Of a stretch of DNA of 64,000 bases, positions 37,212 through 50,865 are shown piece by piece (position 1 is the first letter of the stretch; the number at the start of each line of letters is the position of its first letter). The translations under genes and the position numbers were made by a program. Below the pieces are notes generated by a model. That model had not been told where the DNA came from. It worked only from the letters and a program-made list of their open reading frames with translations, and ran no database searches. The stretch is from Gekko japonicus (lineage: Eukaryota): contig NW_015161976.1 in NCBI RefSeq assembly GCF_001447785.1, positions 613,269 through 677,268 of the forward strand, in the 5' to 3' direction.

Positions 37212-39465
37212 TTTAAATTAATATTTTATTGAATTTTAACATTCATTGTTACCAACATACTACAGTAATACTTATGACAGTCATATAAATCACAAATCAT
37301 AACTGAGGCTCAAGTTGATACAATACAATAGATTCAGTGTATAGAAATGAGCACAACCATCCAAGAATAAGAAGACACACAACTCTGCCAGTCCAGAGTA
37401 AGTAAGGAAATGGTTAGAGAGCATCTAGCTGCCTTCAATACTTTCAAATCTCCAGGGCCAGATGGCTTGCATCCCAGGGTGCTAAAAGAAATTGCAGATG
37501 TTATTTCAGAGCCTCTGGCTCTAATCTTTGAGATGTCCTGGAGTACTGGTGTAGTGCCGGAAGACTGGAGAAGAGCAAATGTTGTCCCAATCTTCAAGAA
37601 GGGAAAAAAGACAGACCTGGGAAATTACAGGCCTGTCAGCTTGACATCAATACCTGGGAAAATTCTAGAGCAGATTATTAAACGCTCTGTCTGTGAGCAC
37701 CTTGAATGGAGGGAAGTCTCCAGTGGAGTGCCACAGGGCTCGGTCCTAGGCCCGGTGTTGTTCAATGTTTTTTATAAATGACCTGGAGGAAGACATAGAG
37801 GGGATGCTTATCAAATTTGCAGATGACACAAAATTAGGTGAGATTGCTAATTCCGAAGAAGACAGAGTCAGGATTCAAAATGATCTAGATAGGCTGGAAC
37901 AGTGGGCTGAGACAAATAAAATGAATTTCAATAGAGAGAAGTGCAAAGTCCTACACTTAGGTACAAAAAAATCAAAGGCACAGATATAGAATGGGAGGGA
38001 CTTGGTTTGACAGCAGCACATGTGAAAGGAATCTAGTTGTTCTGGTTGATCACAAGCTAAACATGAGCCTGCAGTGCGATGTGGCTGTGAAGAAAGCTAA
38101 TGCAACCTTAGGATGCATTAACAGAAGCATTGTGTCCAGATCAAGGGAGGTGGTAGTTCCACTCTATTCTGCTATGGTCAGGCCTCACCTGGAGTACTGT
38201 GTCCAGTTTTGGGCACCACATTTTAGGAAGGATGTTGACAAGCTCGAGTCCAGAAGAGAGCAACCAGGATGGTTAGAGGGTTGGAATCCAAGTCTTATGA
38301 GGAAAGGCTGAAAGAGTTGGGTATGTTTAGCCTGGGAAAGAGAAGGCTTAGAGGGGACATGATTGTAGTCTTCAAGTATTTGAAGGGCTGTCATGTAGAA
38401 GATGGAGCAAATCTATTCTCTCTTGCTCTGGATTGCAAGACTAGATCTAATGGGTGGAAATTACAAGGGAGTCGTTACCGGCTAAATATCAGGAGAAACT
38501 TCCTAACTGTAAGAGTGGTTGAGCAGTGGAACAGTCTGCCTCGGGAGGTGGTGGATGCTCCTTTGCTGGATGTTTTCAAGTGGAGGCTGGACAACCATCT
38601 TTCGGGTATGTTGTAGGTATGTAGGGCTATCTTTCAGCTATGCTCCTGCAGAGTGCAGGGGGTTGGACTAGATGACCTGCAAGGTCCCTTCCAACTCTAG
38701 CATTCTATGATTTTATGATAACTCAGTAGCTAGCTTCTAGGTTTTAGCATAAACCTAAATCATCTATAACTTTAGGGATTTCTTGTTGGGAGGACAAATA
38801 CTCTAGGATAGATAGAGGACAAATACGTTGGGAGGACAAATACTCTAGCCATATAGAGGAGAAGGCAGAGTGTGAAGAAGGTTTATTAAAGTATGCCAGA
38901 TTGTCCATGAGTTTAGCCATAATATATAAGCTCCATATCTTTTGATGCCACTGTGGGAGGGTCAGTGACTTTGTTGATTTCCAGTACATAACAATGGTAT
39001 TGATAGTTTTAATCTCATTGACATTTGGAGACACTTGCATCCTACAGAGAAGGATTACTCATACTACTCTTCTCATCATTGTACATATACCTGCATAGAC
39101 TATATTCTGATTTCATCAGCACTAGCAAATAAGACACGAAGTTCCCAAATAGGGAACTAGTTATGGTCCAATCACTGTTGGGTCAATTGTACTATAGTCT
39201 TACACAATAATAATACCACAACCCCAACTTGGACCATGAACAATTCTTTCTTACTGAACAACTTGGTGGCGGCAGATATTGAGAGTAACATTCAAAATTA
39301 TTTTGCAGACAACTCTCTGGAATTGTTCCCCCCAGACATGATTTGGGATTGTTTAAACTGGTTATATATGGCCGTTTGATTTCCAAGGCTTCCTATATTA
39401 AGAAACAAAAACACCAGGTGAGATCTACTCTTATTCACACTATCTCATCATTGGAACATCAACAC
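37212..39465 (-). mobile_element. L1 insertion with 5' inversion (twin priming), interrupted by CR1
   Basis: 15-bp TSD GAGCCATTTTGATTT (37197-37211, 39466-39480). Minus-strand A tail/AATAAA at ~37210-37230. Minus-strand ORF2 C-terminus at 38745-39000 (YWKS..LPQWHQKIW). Plus-strand endonuclease piece at 39005-39465 (LIDIWRHLHPTEKDYSYYS..IDYILIS..WTMNNS..IWDC). Confidence 0.85.
37335..38718 (+). mobile_element. CR1 LINE, 5'-truncated ORF2 with internal deletion
   Basis: KSPGPDGLHPRVLKE, GNYRPVSLTS, SGVPQGSVLGP, KFADDTKL, RPHLEYCVQFW; (TTCTATGA)n tail. Confidence 0.95.
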
Positions 39466-40024
39466 GAGCCATTTTGATTTGTTATCTGGTAAGCATGGTG
39501 GATCTACCAACAGGATATTTTGTACAGGAACACATGAAGATGCTTTATACCATGTCAAGCCATTGACCTGTCTAGCTCAGTACTGTTTGGTCTCACTGAC
39601 AATGTGTTGGATCCCACCACTTTTCCACTTTTGAAAAAGGGAGTCAGGAACCCCTTTGACCTTCCAAAGAGGATATTTCAGGGACCATGGGACCTTCATA
39701 GACAAAAGCCATATGAGATGGAGGCTGTAATATGGAGTTTTGGGCTGCATTGACAAAAATAGCTTGCTGGATCCAACCCAATAGATAGCCAAGGCAGAGA
39801 AAGGTCTTCTTTTAAACTCTTAAATTTGAGTTTATTTTTTTAAAAATAGGAGATGCAAAGGATTTAACCTAGACTTGTTGCATGCAAAACATGGCTTCTA
39901 CCACTGAACCACAGCTCTTTCTCCAGTCTATCAAACCACAGTGATGATGAAACAGCTGAAGTGGCATCCCATAGCATGCCTAGAAGGTGGAACAGAGCCA
40001 GACAGCAGAAGAAGCAAAGTCCAA

Positions 40025-40308
40025 GACTGATTTCCCACAGCCGCTGCTCTGCGCTCGCTCCTCTCTTTGCCCCGATGGTACATGTCAATGTCCCACTCGA
40101 AGCCACGCGGCCGCATTTTAACCCACGGCTTTGCCCGATTTTGCCCGCAGTTTCGTAATCCTAAAAAAACAGGACCACGAAACCATGGGGGAAATCGGGC
40201 GAAGCCGCTGGTCAAAATGTGGCTGCGTGGCTTTGTGTGGGAAATTGACACGTACCATTGGGGCAAAGCAAGGAGCGAGCACAGAGCAGCGGCTGTGGGA
40301 AATCGGTT
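40025..40308. mobile_element. Foldback Harbinger-type MITE related to 30610-30874
   Basis: Whole-length inverted repeat; TSD CAA. Confidence 0.85.
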
Positions 40309-43039
40309 CAAGATATTAAAAAATGTTAATAGTCATGGTTCAGTTCTAAGACATTTAGGACTATACTTAAGAATTAGTCAGCAATATCTTACTGTTCTAG
40401 GGCTGCAGAGCAGCCACAAATTCTGCTTAATTGGATGGAAATGCTACCTTCCAATTCAGTATCTACCAGTTAGTGTATATGATCAGTTAATCTTCCATTT
40501 TGTGCTCAGGCTGTTGTTTCAGAGTTCTGGTTGTTTGTTAAGGTAAGGATTGGAAGCAAACCATTGGGGAAGCTAATTTTGGCCTTCTTTCCATTTAATA
40601 AGGACTGCCGTGTTTACAATTTCATTTTATTGACTACAACAATTCTGTCTCAAATAACCATTTTAATTGCATTTTCTGTTTTGTGACTGCATAACAAAGA
40701 AGAAAGCTATTAACCTCTGAAACGGCAGTTGTTTTCACTGTTATTGTAAACAGTTATTGCTGCACTGCTTGCTGAGAATACTGCAGCAAACTATGGGAAT
40801 GTCTTCATGAAAAGTGTCTTGTTCATATTAATCTATGGGAATCACACAGGTGATTTGGAATTAATCAGCCTGTTAAGTAATTGGCCCAGAAACACATAAT
40901 ATAGGAAATGCAATCTGTACATACCCCTTTGCTAACATGATTAATGTTGCCAACTGTGCAGGTGCAAAGGCAGCATGTGCACTCTGACACAGTGAATTTT
41001 CAATTATGCACAACCTGCCCATTATGACCCTGGACCACACGTAATCCAAGCAAGCCAGTAAACAGTGAGTATGCTTCAACAGCAGATACATGGCTAGCTG
41101 TCAGGCTGAACGCCGCCACTGTGCAGGTACAAAAGGTTTTTCAAACAAATTATCAAGGCAATCTCATCAGGTTCTCAACTCAACAGCAAACAGATTTTTG
41201 CAAACAAGGGTTGCCAGAATCCACACATCATTGGATGTTGTGGTGTTCTGGTACTATAGCAATCCTTCAGAACAGGCTTGCCTTGTTCACAGAGAAAAAT
41301 TCAATCCCAAACGATTGCCATAATGCAAGGATTATGTAATAGCCAGTGATGTGTGGATGCAGCTAAGGTCAGACACCTGTTTTGCTGGACAGAGCATCCC
41401 TAATTTGAGCGATGCTGTGATGAACTGTAACCAGGCAGTGCAATAAAATGACTACTGTGGATTCACTGCTTGCTCTCATTCAAAGAGCTGTACTTCACAA
41501 TATCAAACGGACGTGTTAATCAGCCTCTGTTGGTATACACTGGCACAGATGCTGTAAATGCATGAAAGAGATCGGGTAAGAGTCATGAGCTGTTCTTTGT
41601 CCCCCCTCAGAGTTCCACTTCTATGCTGCATTGTTATTTACATCAGAAATACATAATCATGAAACTGAGCATATAATAAAACTTGATTTATGCTAAGGAA
41701 ATTAATGTAAAGCTTCTGCTACTGCCCTTGTTTATTTTCTCTGTTATTTTGAGAGCCTTTTCTGGATTTATGAAAGGGATAAGGCACAGATTCCTTTGTC
41801 TGCATGTGTGTGTGTTTTAATGAATACTTCAGCCCCTATTTATCATTTATCCACGTTCACAAACATGTATAATTTATTATTTCAACTCACATATATTTCC
41901 TCATACAGAAAACTAGCATTTCATAAATGGCGAACTGTGATATTATCTAAACATGCCAGTTGTTTGAAAACACTGGAAAGTAGACAAGATTGCAAGATAA
42001 TTCTTTTTAGGAATAAAAGTAATGAATACGAATTATTTTATTAACTTTGATGGGAAACCATTGATGTGGGATGCCCCCTCTTCACTAATACCAAAATCTT
42101 TGATACAAAATCCTCTACCAGTGTAACCCACTAAATGTTCATCCCATGCATTACATAAATACATTTGACAAAGTATGAGATGCTATCATTTGTTTAGTAT
42201 TTAGCATATTTTTATCCCACTTTTCTTTCCAACAGAGACCTAAAACAGCTTGTAAAAATTAAGAATAAATTTAAACAAGCCAAACTCAGTAGTGTAAACA
42301 AACAAGGGAAAAAAGCAAAAAGATACACAAAGCATCCTGAGCTTTAACTATAGAGTTTTGGGTGAATGCTAGAGTGCTGCCAATGTGTTTACATCATTTC
42401 CAGCAATAGTAGGCAAAGTTGGCGAGGGGAGTTCTCCCACTGGGGCAGGAGATCTGGCCTCCCTTGATGGTATCCATCCAGTTAGTTCATTAAGTCACAG
42501 GCACCAAGTCACGGGGTAAGCATTCCCTAGCCATGCCCAGACTAAGTACTTGCACAGGAGAGAGACAAACACTCAGCCTGGATCTTACGAGTTGGCAGCC
42601 ATTTCCCCAAAATTACCCCTCCTGCTGGAAAGCAGGGCAGCTATGTGGTCTGCATTCAGTAGGCAAAGCTAGCTTTAAAAGCCACTCTTATCCTTACTCC
42701 CATTGGCTTGGTTGCATGAGGCACTCAACCCAGGCCTGCCCCACCCTCCACAAAGCCTTGTGCTTCATGTGGCAAATACACTCAGGACTCCTATTCATCA
42801 GAGAACAGATTAGCTAATAAATCCAAAAGTCATTTATGTTGGTTTCAGTGGGAAAAACAGTTTTGGATGTAGAGTCTTCCCTTGGCCCCTTAGGAATGAA
42901 TTTCTCAGTCCAAAATTCCACCTAATTTAGCAACCTGTTTCTCACACTGTAACCAGATGCCTCATGGAAACCTAAAAGCAATGATACACAGAAATACCCT
43001 CCCCTACCCGCACACATAGTGTTTCCCTTTCCAAATAAC

Positions 43040-43452
43040 GTCATACTACATATGAATATGACTATAATACTCCATCAAGTCATCATGCCTGGTAACCCTT
43101 GGTAGAACTCTCTTACATGAATGTGTTCTGCTCTCTTCTAAAACCACCTCTGCTAGGAGCTAATGGCAGAGTTTTGTGCCACCAGATTCCATACGTTGAT
43201 TTTATTGGCTATGGGGAAAAAAACCTTTTATTTGTCCTAAATCTACTGCCAATTTTATTGAGTAACCCCAAGCCTTTCCATTGCAGAAGAAAACTTTCCA
43301 CCTCTGCCACATCATATATAATTTCATAAACCTTATCATGCTTCCATTTGTTATATTTTTTCATACCATCCAGGAAGCTTTGCTGAAAATAATGCTTCCA
43401 TTTGTTATATTTTTTCATACATCTCATACCATTCAGGAAGCTTTGCTGAAAA
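43040..43452 (-). mobile_element. Old CR1 fragment with a ~54-bp tandem duplication
   Basis: Minus-strand GSRFRTNKRFF; ATGCTTCCATTTGTTATATTTTTTCATAC..GGAAGCTTTGCTGAAAA duplicated in 43338-43452. Confidence 0.55.
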
Positions 43453-43701
43453 GAATATTATGTCGTGAGTGTTGGGAGAGTGAGAGGGATAATTTCTCTG
43501 TCTATCTGAGACTGCAGAACTGCTGCCAGTCACAGTAGATGGTACTGAGCTAGATGGACCAACAATGGTACTGAGCTGGATGGACCAACAACCTGATTCA
43601 GTATCAGGTGTATATCATAAGATAGTATCAGTGTGTATCATAAGACAGGCACAAGGCCAGTTCATGTATTTCCAGTGATGTAGCTGAAGATACATTATAA
43701 G

Positions 43702-43980
43702 TAGAGATGGGCATGAACTGCAAAAAATCAGTTCAGTTTGGTTTGTGGCCAAACCATGAACTGAACCAGTTTGCTCTCTGATGAACTGGATCAGTTCGTG
43801 GTTTGTGGGCCCAGCAAACCTCATTTTAAGGGACACCAGTCCCTTTAAATGGGGTTTTCAGAAAGCAGCAAAAACAGCTGAGTGGCTGGAGTGCTCTCAG
43901 CCACTGAGCTGTTTCAGGCCTTCTCGTGCAGTCCATTTAAAGTTTAAAGGGACGCACAAGAAAGCCAGGAAATGAGGAGC
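43702..43980. mobile_element. hAT element end (TAGAGATGGGCA terminus)
   Basis: Same terminal and subterminal motifs as 2587/8253. Confidence 0.6.
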
Positions 43981-44536
43981 AGCCTGTCTAGGGTTGGGTG
44001 CTGCTGCAGCAGGAAAAGCCCCCATCCATCGCCCAGCAATCCGGGGGAGCCTGGGCACTCACCCACCCTCTCCCATCACCTGAGGATGCCACCCATCAGG
44101 AGGTCACCCAGGAAGCCAGTGGAGGAGGAGGCCAGCAGTGGAGAAGGGGTGGCCAGCTGAGGCAGATCTTTTACCCAAAGAACTGTTTGTGAGTAGCGTG
44201 TTCAGTAGAAAAGGACAACACAGACCAGATTAAAGTTTTTAAAAAAGAAATATGGAGGTTATTGAGGGATGTGGCACAATATTAGGGAGGGTGTAACTTA
44301 TCCTAGGAAAATACTAATCTAGAAAGGTAAATGAATGGAAAATTGGCTAGCACCTAGGCAGGCCAGTGGTCCTTTGGGTAACAAAAGGGAAGAAAGAAAA
44401 AATATAAGACTGGAACTTCTATTCACTGAATGCTTTGAAGAAGGATCTTTATTGAACTTCTCATAGTTGCAGCAATAACAAACAAATGCTCTACCATTAG
44501 ACAAAGGTAATGCTGTCTAGAAGTTTATGATTTGGT

Positions 44537-44742
44537 GAAGGGCCATGGATCAGTGGCAGAGCATCTGCTTGGCACGCAGAATGTACTCGGTTCAATCCCT
44601 GGCATATCCAGTCAAAGGATCTGGCAATAGCTGAAGTAAAAAACCTCTGCCTGATACCTTGGAAAGCAGCTGCCTGTCTGAAAAGACAATATTGACTTTG
44701 ATGGACCAAGGGCCTGATTTAGAAGGCAGCTTCATGTGTGTT
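44537..44742 (+). mobile_element. tRNA-derived SINE (Squam2-like)
   Basis: A-box TGGATCAGTGG and B-box GGTTCAATCCC; CR1-like 3' part. Confidence 0.8.
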
Positions 44743-46544
44743 CATGGTCACATGTGCCAGTTATCTTTACATGGAGACTCAAGACAGTTTCTGGAAGTGA
44801 CAGGAACGGTAAGTAACTGATCATCAGGCATAGCCAAGTTCATGCATTCTAGTACTTTCCCACCTAAGCTCTAAGACCAGGCCCTGCATGGTTGTAGAGC
44901 AGACAGCGGCTTAACATGCCCTTTTAAGGCCTAGATGAGTGCACATCTCTTGCCTCTGCATGTCTGAAGGACAGTGTGGAATCTGTGTGAAGTGGGGAAT
45001 CAGGGCACCTGTAGTACAGGCCATGACTAGGTGGATATGTGTGTGAATGGATGTGTATGGGTCCAAGAAACCAGATTAGCTGAGACTGACCCGTGATACC
45101 ATATTTCAGTTGTTCAGAAACACTGGTTATATTCCTAAACTGGGGAGTTCATTTAAGGTTGTTCCCCCAGTTCTTATAATATTATTATAGTTATTTTAAA
45201 TATAGCTACCCATTGCTAATAATTCCATACTGTGTTCTGCTGACACCCCTTGATTTATATGTAATAATATGGTTCAGAAGGATCTCCAGGCAGGTGAAAA
45301 TAAAGGTTTAATGACAGAATTTCTATATCCTCTTTCTCTGATTGAAAATAATATAAGACAACTGGCTTGGTGGCCAGACAGATTACATAAGCACAAGTTA
45401 AGTGGTCGAATAAAAATGAGTGATATCCCTCCTTGACTTAAATACAGCACTAAGTAGTGTGCCCTTCAATTCAGCATAAAGCAATTTTCTCTTGCTCGGT
45501 AACAGCTAGGGGGCATTTCAAATGCAAATAGAATCAGCTTTGCATTTTTAATATTTCATATATACATAATTCACTGCCTCGGTTTAGAAACGTTATTGCT
45601 ACCTCTTCTGTGCATTTAAATTATTTCCCACCTCTGAACTTTCATATTAACTTTAATGTCAGCTCTTAAAATGTATTTTGTATCAGGCTAGCTTCTGCGT
45701 ATAAGCTCTGAAAATTCATGAACTGAGCAAATGCATACTCAGGCACAAATAGAGTGTACTATTTAACCTATATCATTCCACTGAGACAAAGTCTTACTTG
45801 GAACAAGTATTTACTAACACTGGTCGTGGTTATGCCAAAGTCATTAAAATCAATATGAAACAAAACATATTCAGTTGGTGTTATAATACCCCATTTAGGA
45901 GCAGTATACTGTTTATGTTGCATAACCCAAGGGTATAATGCAAGTGCAGGCTGATCAATATTAGACAATTCCATTTTACAAACTGCTTTTGTGACAACAG
46001 AACGTAGGGAGGGAAATAAGGCATGATGGGATCGTAAAAGTCTGTCCTTCAATTATGACAGAACCTGTCTCCACTGGAGCAGAGTGACAACACGGGTTGG
46101 GGTGTGAAGGGATCATCCTGAAGGTGGACAGAAGCAGTTTTTAATTTCTGTTCTGGTCAAACGTAAGATATAAAATCCAGATCCTTCCGTAAAGGAGTCA
46201 TTAACAATCCCAACGTATTTTACATAAAGGAGGGAATGAAGAGGGGGATGGTTTGTTGCTTTCTGGAGACTACTTTTGCAAGTGTGGCTCAACGTTTTCA
46301 TTTGTCAAGTGGTGGTCCTGCCTCTGTACTGAGGAATGGGAACTGCTGTTCCTACACCCACCCCACTGTGGCAATTCTCACTGTAGAGAGAAGAGAGGGT
46401 TAATGTTCAAAGTGTGGTACTGCACTATTCTGGTACCCCTGCTTCCTCCTCCTTCATGTCTGTATAACACTTCCAGTACTGTCTGGTCATGCCTCTTCTA
46501 GCAAAAGTGTCTCTGAATTCCTGTCTTTCATCACTACTGATGAG

Positions 46545-46746
46545 CAACTGTACCTGGAGATATCCCACTTTTACAACTGATCTCCAGCTGACAGAGATCA
46601 GTTCCTCTGGAGAAAATGGCTTCTTTGAAGGATGGACTTTATGGCATTGTATCATGCTGAGGCCTCTCCCCTCCCCAAACCCCACACTCTCCCAGATCTA
46701 CCCCCAAAGACTCCAGGTATTTTCCAACCCAGACCTGGCAACCTTA
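46545..46746 (-). mobile_element. hAT-type MITE family B
   Basis: Reverse complement of 21910-22128. Confidence 0.75.
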
Positions 46747-46769
46747 GAAGTTGTTGTTGTGGAGCATAG

Positions 46770-47095
46770 GGAAGGAGGTGGTCCCTCAAAGAGGGGCCAG
46801 GGCCATAATGGACTTTGTGTGTTATGACCAATACCTTAAACTGAGTTCAGTAACAAATGGACAGCCAATGGAGCATCTACAGAATGGGAGTAATATTCAT
46901 GCTCCATCTAGCCCCTGCTATTAGACAAGCCATGGCGTTCTGAACCACGCTGATTTTGAAGGAATAAATATTCATGCTCCATCTAGCCCCTGCTAATAGA
47001 CAAGCCATGGCGTTCTGAACCAAGCTGATTTTGAAGGAATACCAATATACAGTGCATTATAGTAGTCTAGTCTCAGTGTTATTGACATGGATTCA
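46770..47095 (-). mobile_element. L2 LINE RT C-terminal fragment with a 75-bp tandem duplication
   Basis: RLDYYNALYIG..LVQNAMA..EHEYITPIL..LHWL; 46892-46966 is repeated at 46967-47041. Confidence 0.75.
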
Positions 47096-47666
47096 CTTGG
47101 CCAGATGAGCCATATTAAAGTATAAAAATGCTCTCCTGCACATTTTTGTGTTGTGAATTCTGCAGAATTCTGCAGGAGTCTTCCTGACATCCTCGGGCAG
47201 GCTGTCCCACAAAATGGGAGGCCCAGCAGAAAATGCACATGTGTGGACCACTGCTGATCTTACCCATTTGAAGGGTTAATTCTACAAGATTATTTGTGTT
47301 GTGGAATAATGCAAGGACCAAACTGAGAAAAGTCCTATTTTATGCAGCACATTAATAGTTTCATAAAATTCTGAAAGTGCATGAATTTTTCCATTTGGAG
47401 CTTAACTTTTTTCTATAGCCCCAACTTTCTGAACCCCTGTTCTGCCCAGTATTGTGATACACACATGCGGACAGCACCATTAGAACATACAAGTAGAAAA
47501 GAATTTCAAGGCTATAAACAGGGTGGGGCTGGAAATTGTCCTTCATGGCCTGTAACTATCATTTAAAAACAGTTGCAGAATCCTTCAAATTGTGGTATAG
47601 TTTTCCTCTAATACATTAGCAAAGGCTAGAAACACATCTCTAGTCTTTTTTAGTTTGTTATACTTT

Positions 47667-48066
47667 GGCTGCGGTCACACGTACCAGATAATGCTGGGGG
47701 GGGGGAGGCGAGGGTATTCGTGCCATTGCAATTTGACCTGCCACTATGGCGATCAGACGCGACAGCGGTGAACCCGGGTTGTTGGGTTTTTTTGTTGGCT
47801 TATGTTTCAGCGCGCTTCAACAAGGAAGCAGGGAGGGAGTAGGAGCACACTGGAGCGATCAGATGGAGACAGTCTGTCTGCAGCTCATTGCAGACAATTT
47901 GCAAGTGGACTTTCCAAGGTACTTTTTTACTCCGCAGCTTTGGCTGGGTGGTACGGGTTGGGGCCGGGGGCGTGATGCTTGCCAGATGTGTCCATGTGAT
48001 TGCGTCCCTAAAATCTGCCTGGCATTCGTGGATATCATGTGGCAAATGCTGTGTGTGATCGGGGCC
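47667..48066. mobile_element. PIF/Harbinger-type MITE (same TIR family as 6294 and 27752)
   Basis: GGCTGCGGTCACACG / TGTGTGATCGGGGCC; TSD TTT. Confidence 0.8.
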
Positions 48067-48184
48067 TTTATTTAGTATTGCAACTATTGCAATCAAGGCA
48101 CGGTGGAGAATGAGTACATTGTAGTGGTTAGAATGCTGGACTATGCCTGGAAAGACCCAGATGCAAATTTGAACAAAAACTATT

Positions 48185-50118
48185 GATGAACAAAAACTAC
48201 TGAGGCAGACTCAGCATGGGTTCTGTAAGGGAAGATCTTGTCTCACTAATCTGTTAGTGTTATTTGAGGGAGTGAACAAACATGTGGACAAGGGGGACCC
48301 AATAGATGTTGTTTACCTTGACTTCCAGAAAGCTTTTGATAAAGTTCCTCATCAAAGGCTCCTAAGTAAGCTCAATAGTCATGGGATAAAAGGACAAGTC
48401 CTCTTGTGGATCAAAAACTGGCTAATTCATAGGAAACAGAGAGTATACCTGGGCAATTTTCTCAGTGGAGGGTGGTAAGCAGTGGGGTACCACAGGGATC
48501 AGTACTTGGTCTGATGCTTTTTAACTTGTTTATTAATGATTTGGAGTTGGGAGTAAGCAGTGAAGTGGCTAAATTTGCAGATGACATGGAGTTGTTCAGG
48601 GTGGTGAGAACCAGGGAGGATTGTGAGGCACTCCAAAGAGATCTGTCGAGGATGGGCGAGTGGGCGTCAACATGGCAAATGGGGTTCAAGGTGGCCAAGT
48701 GCAGAGTGATGCACATTGGAGCCAAAAACCCTAAATATAAATACACATTGATGGGGTCCAAACTGGCAGAGACTGACCAAGAGAGAGATCTTGGAGTCGT
48801 AGTAGATAACTTAATGAAAATGTAGAGACAGTGTGCGACTGCAATAAAGAAGGCCAATGCTATGCTGGGGATTATTAGGAAGGGAATTGAAAACAAATCA
48901 GCTAGTATCATAATGTCCCTGTATAAACCNNNNNNNNNNNNNNNNNNNNNNNNNNNNNNNNNNNNNNNNNNNNNNNNNNNNNNNNNNNNNNNNNNNNNNN
49001 NNNNNNNNNNNNNNNNNNNNNNNNNNNNNNNNNNNNNNNNNNNNNNNNNNNNNNNNNNNNNNNNNNNNNNNNNNNNNNNNNNNNNNNNNNNNNNNNNNNN
49101 NNNNNNNNNNNNNNNNNNNNNNNNNNNNNNNNNNNNNNNNNNNNNNNNNNNNNNNNNNNNNNNNNNNNNNNNNNNNNNNNNNNNNNNNNNNNNNNNNNNN
49201 NNNNNNNNNNNNNNNNNNNNNNNNNNNNNNNNNNNNNNNNNNNNNNNNNNNNNNNNNNNNNNNNNNNNNNNNNNNNNNNNNNNNNNNNNNNNNNNNNNNN
49301 NNNNNNNNNNNNNNNNNNNNNNNNNNNNNNNNNNNNNNNNNNNNNNNNNNNNNNNNNNNNNNNNNNNNNNNNNNNNNNNNNNNNNNNNNNNNNNNNNNNN
49401 NNNNNNNNNNNNNNNNNNNNNNNNNNNNNNNNNNNNNNNNNNNNNNNNNGATAGTGTGACCTCATTTGGAGTACTATGTACAGTTCTGGCCACCACATTG
49501 TATAGCATTGGAAAAAGTGCAGAAAAGGGAAACTCGAATGATAAAAGGTTGGAACACTTTCCCTATGAAGAAAGGTTAAAACACTTGAGGCTCTTTAGCT
49601 TGGAGAAACGATGGCTGAGGGATGACATGATCAAGGTTTATAAGATTATGCATGGGATAGAGCAGGTTGAGAAAGAAGTACTTTTCTCCCTTTCTCACAA
49701 TACAAGAACTTGTGGGCACTCCATGAAATTGCTGAGCAGTCGGGTTATAACAGATAAAAGGAAGTACTTCTTCACCCAAAGAGAGATTAACACATGGAAC
49801 TCACTGCCACAGGAGGTGTTGGCGGCTACAAGCATGGACATCTTCAGGAGGGAATTAGATAAACATATGGAGCAGAGGTCCATCAGTGGCTATTAGCCAC
49901 AAGGTATAGATAGGAACTCTGGGTCTGGGGCAAGTGATGCTCTGTATTCTTGGTGCTTGGGGGGGGCAACAGTGGGAGGGCTTCTAGTGTCCTGGCCGCA
50001 CTGCTGGACCTCCTGATGGCACCTGGTATTTTTGGCCACTGTGTGACAGAGTGTTGGACTAGATGGGCCATTGGCCTGATCCAACTTTGGCTTCTCTTAT
50101 GTTCTTATGTTCCTATGT
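48185..50118 (+). mobile_element. CR1 LINE, 5'-truncated, spanning a gap
   Basis: QHGFCKGRSCLTNL, DVVYLDFQKAFDKVPHQRL, SGVPQGSVLG, KFADD; (TTCTTATG)n tail. Confidence 0.95.
48930..49448. other. Assembly gap
   Basis: N run. Confidence 1.
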
Positions 50119-50865
50119 ACCTTCTGGGGTGACTCAAGCTCATCATCATTGGATGATCTCAAGGCAGTCTCTGTCTCTCAGCCTCACCTACATCACAGGG
50201 CTGTTGTGAGGATAAAAGGTGCAAGAGAGAGTCATACATGTTGCCCTGATCTCCTTGGGAAAAGGGCAGAATAAAAATGAACTCAATAACACACAGCATG
50301 GAAAAGTTTTTTCCCCTTTCATGAAATACAGTATAATTTTATTGACAAGGATTTCCAAGTTCAGAAAATACAAGCAGATCACTTGTATTATTCTATTAGC
50401 TGCTTTAGTTGCATATTGCAGTTTTAAAAGGTTTTAACTTCCAAGACAATGGATAGCTTTATGAAAATGGAAGCCATTGAAATAAATCATCCTTCAGTAA
50501 TGAAAAGAAAGAGAATGCTGTAATTCTGATTTGTCAAGGTATAATGATGTCACCATCCATTTATTCTGTGCACTTAAAGGTTGAAGCTATTCAACAAATC
50601 TCTCCTGAACAACTCACACTGGCCACACAGCCACACATTCTGATTAGTTCACACATCATTTGTCAATTAAAACAGATGGGGAAACTTATTTCTCCTTCCC
50701 ACAGTGCTCTATTAAAAATCAGTTTTAATATAGTGAGTGATGGAATAATAGACAAATAAACAAGGCAAGAGAGACATCTCAAGGAAATCTCTCTTGGAAG
50801 GATTTCTTCTGCAAGATGATGGAGAATAGAGGGGAACAGAAGACTTCACAACCACATGCTATCTA

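Noticed and set aside
41030-41340. Exon-like open frames in unique sequence
   Set aside because: No recognisable protein similarity or consistent splice-site pair.
44537-44610. tRNA gene
   Set aside because: A/B boxes are present, but the cloverleaf is degenerate and continues into a SINE body.
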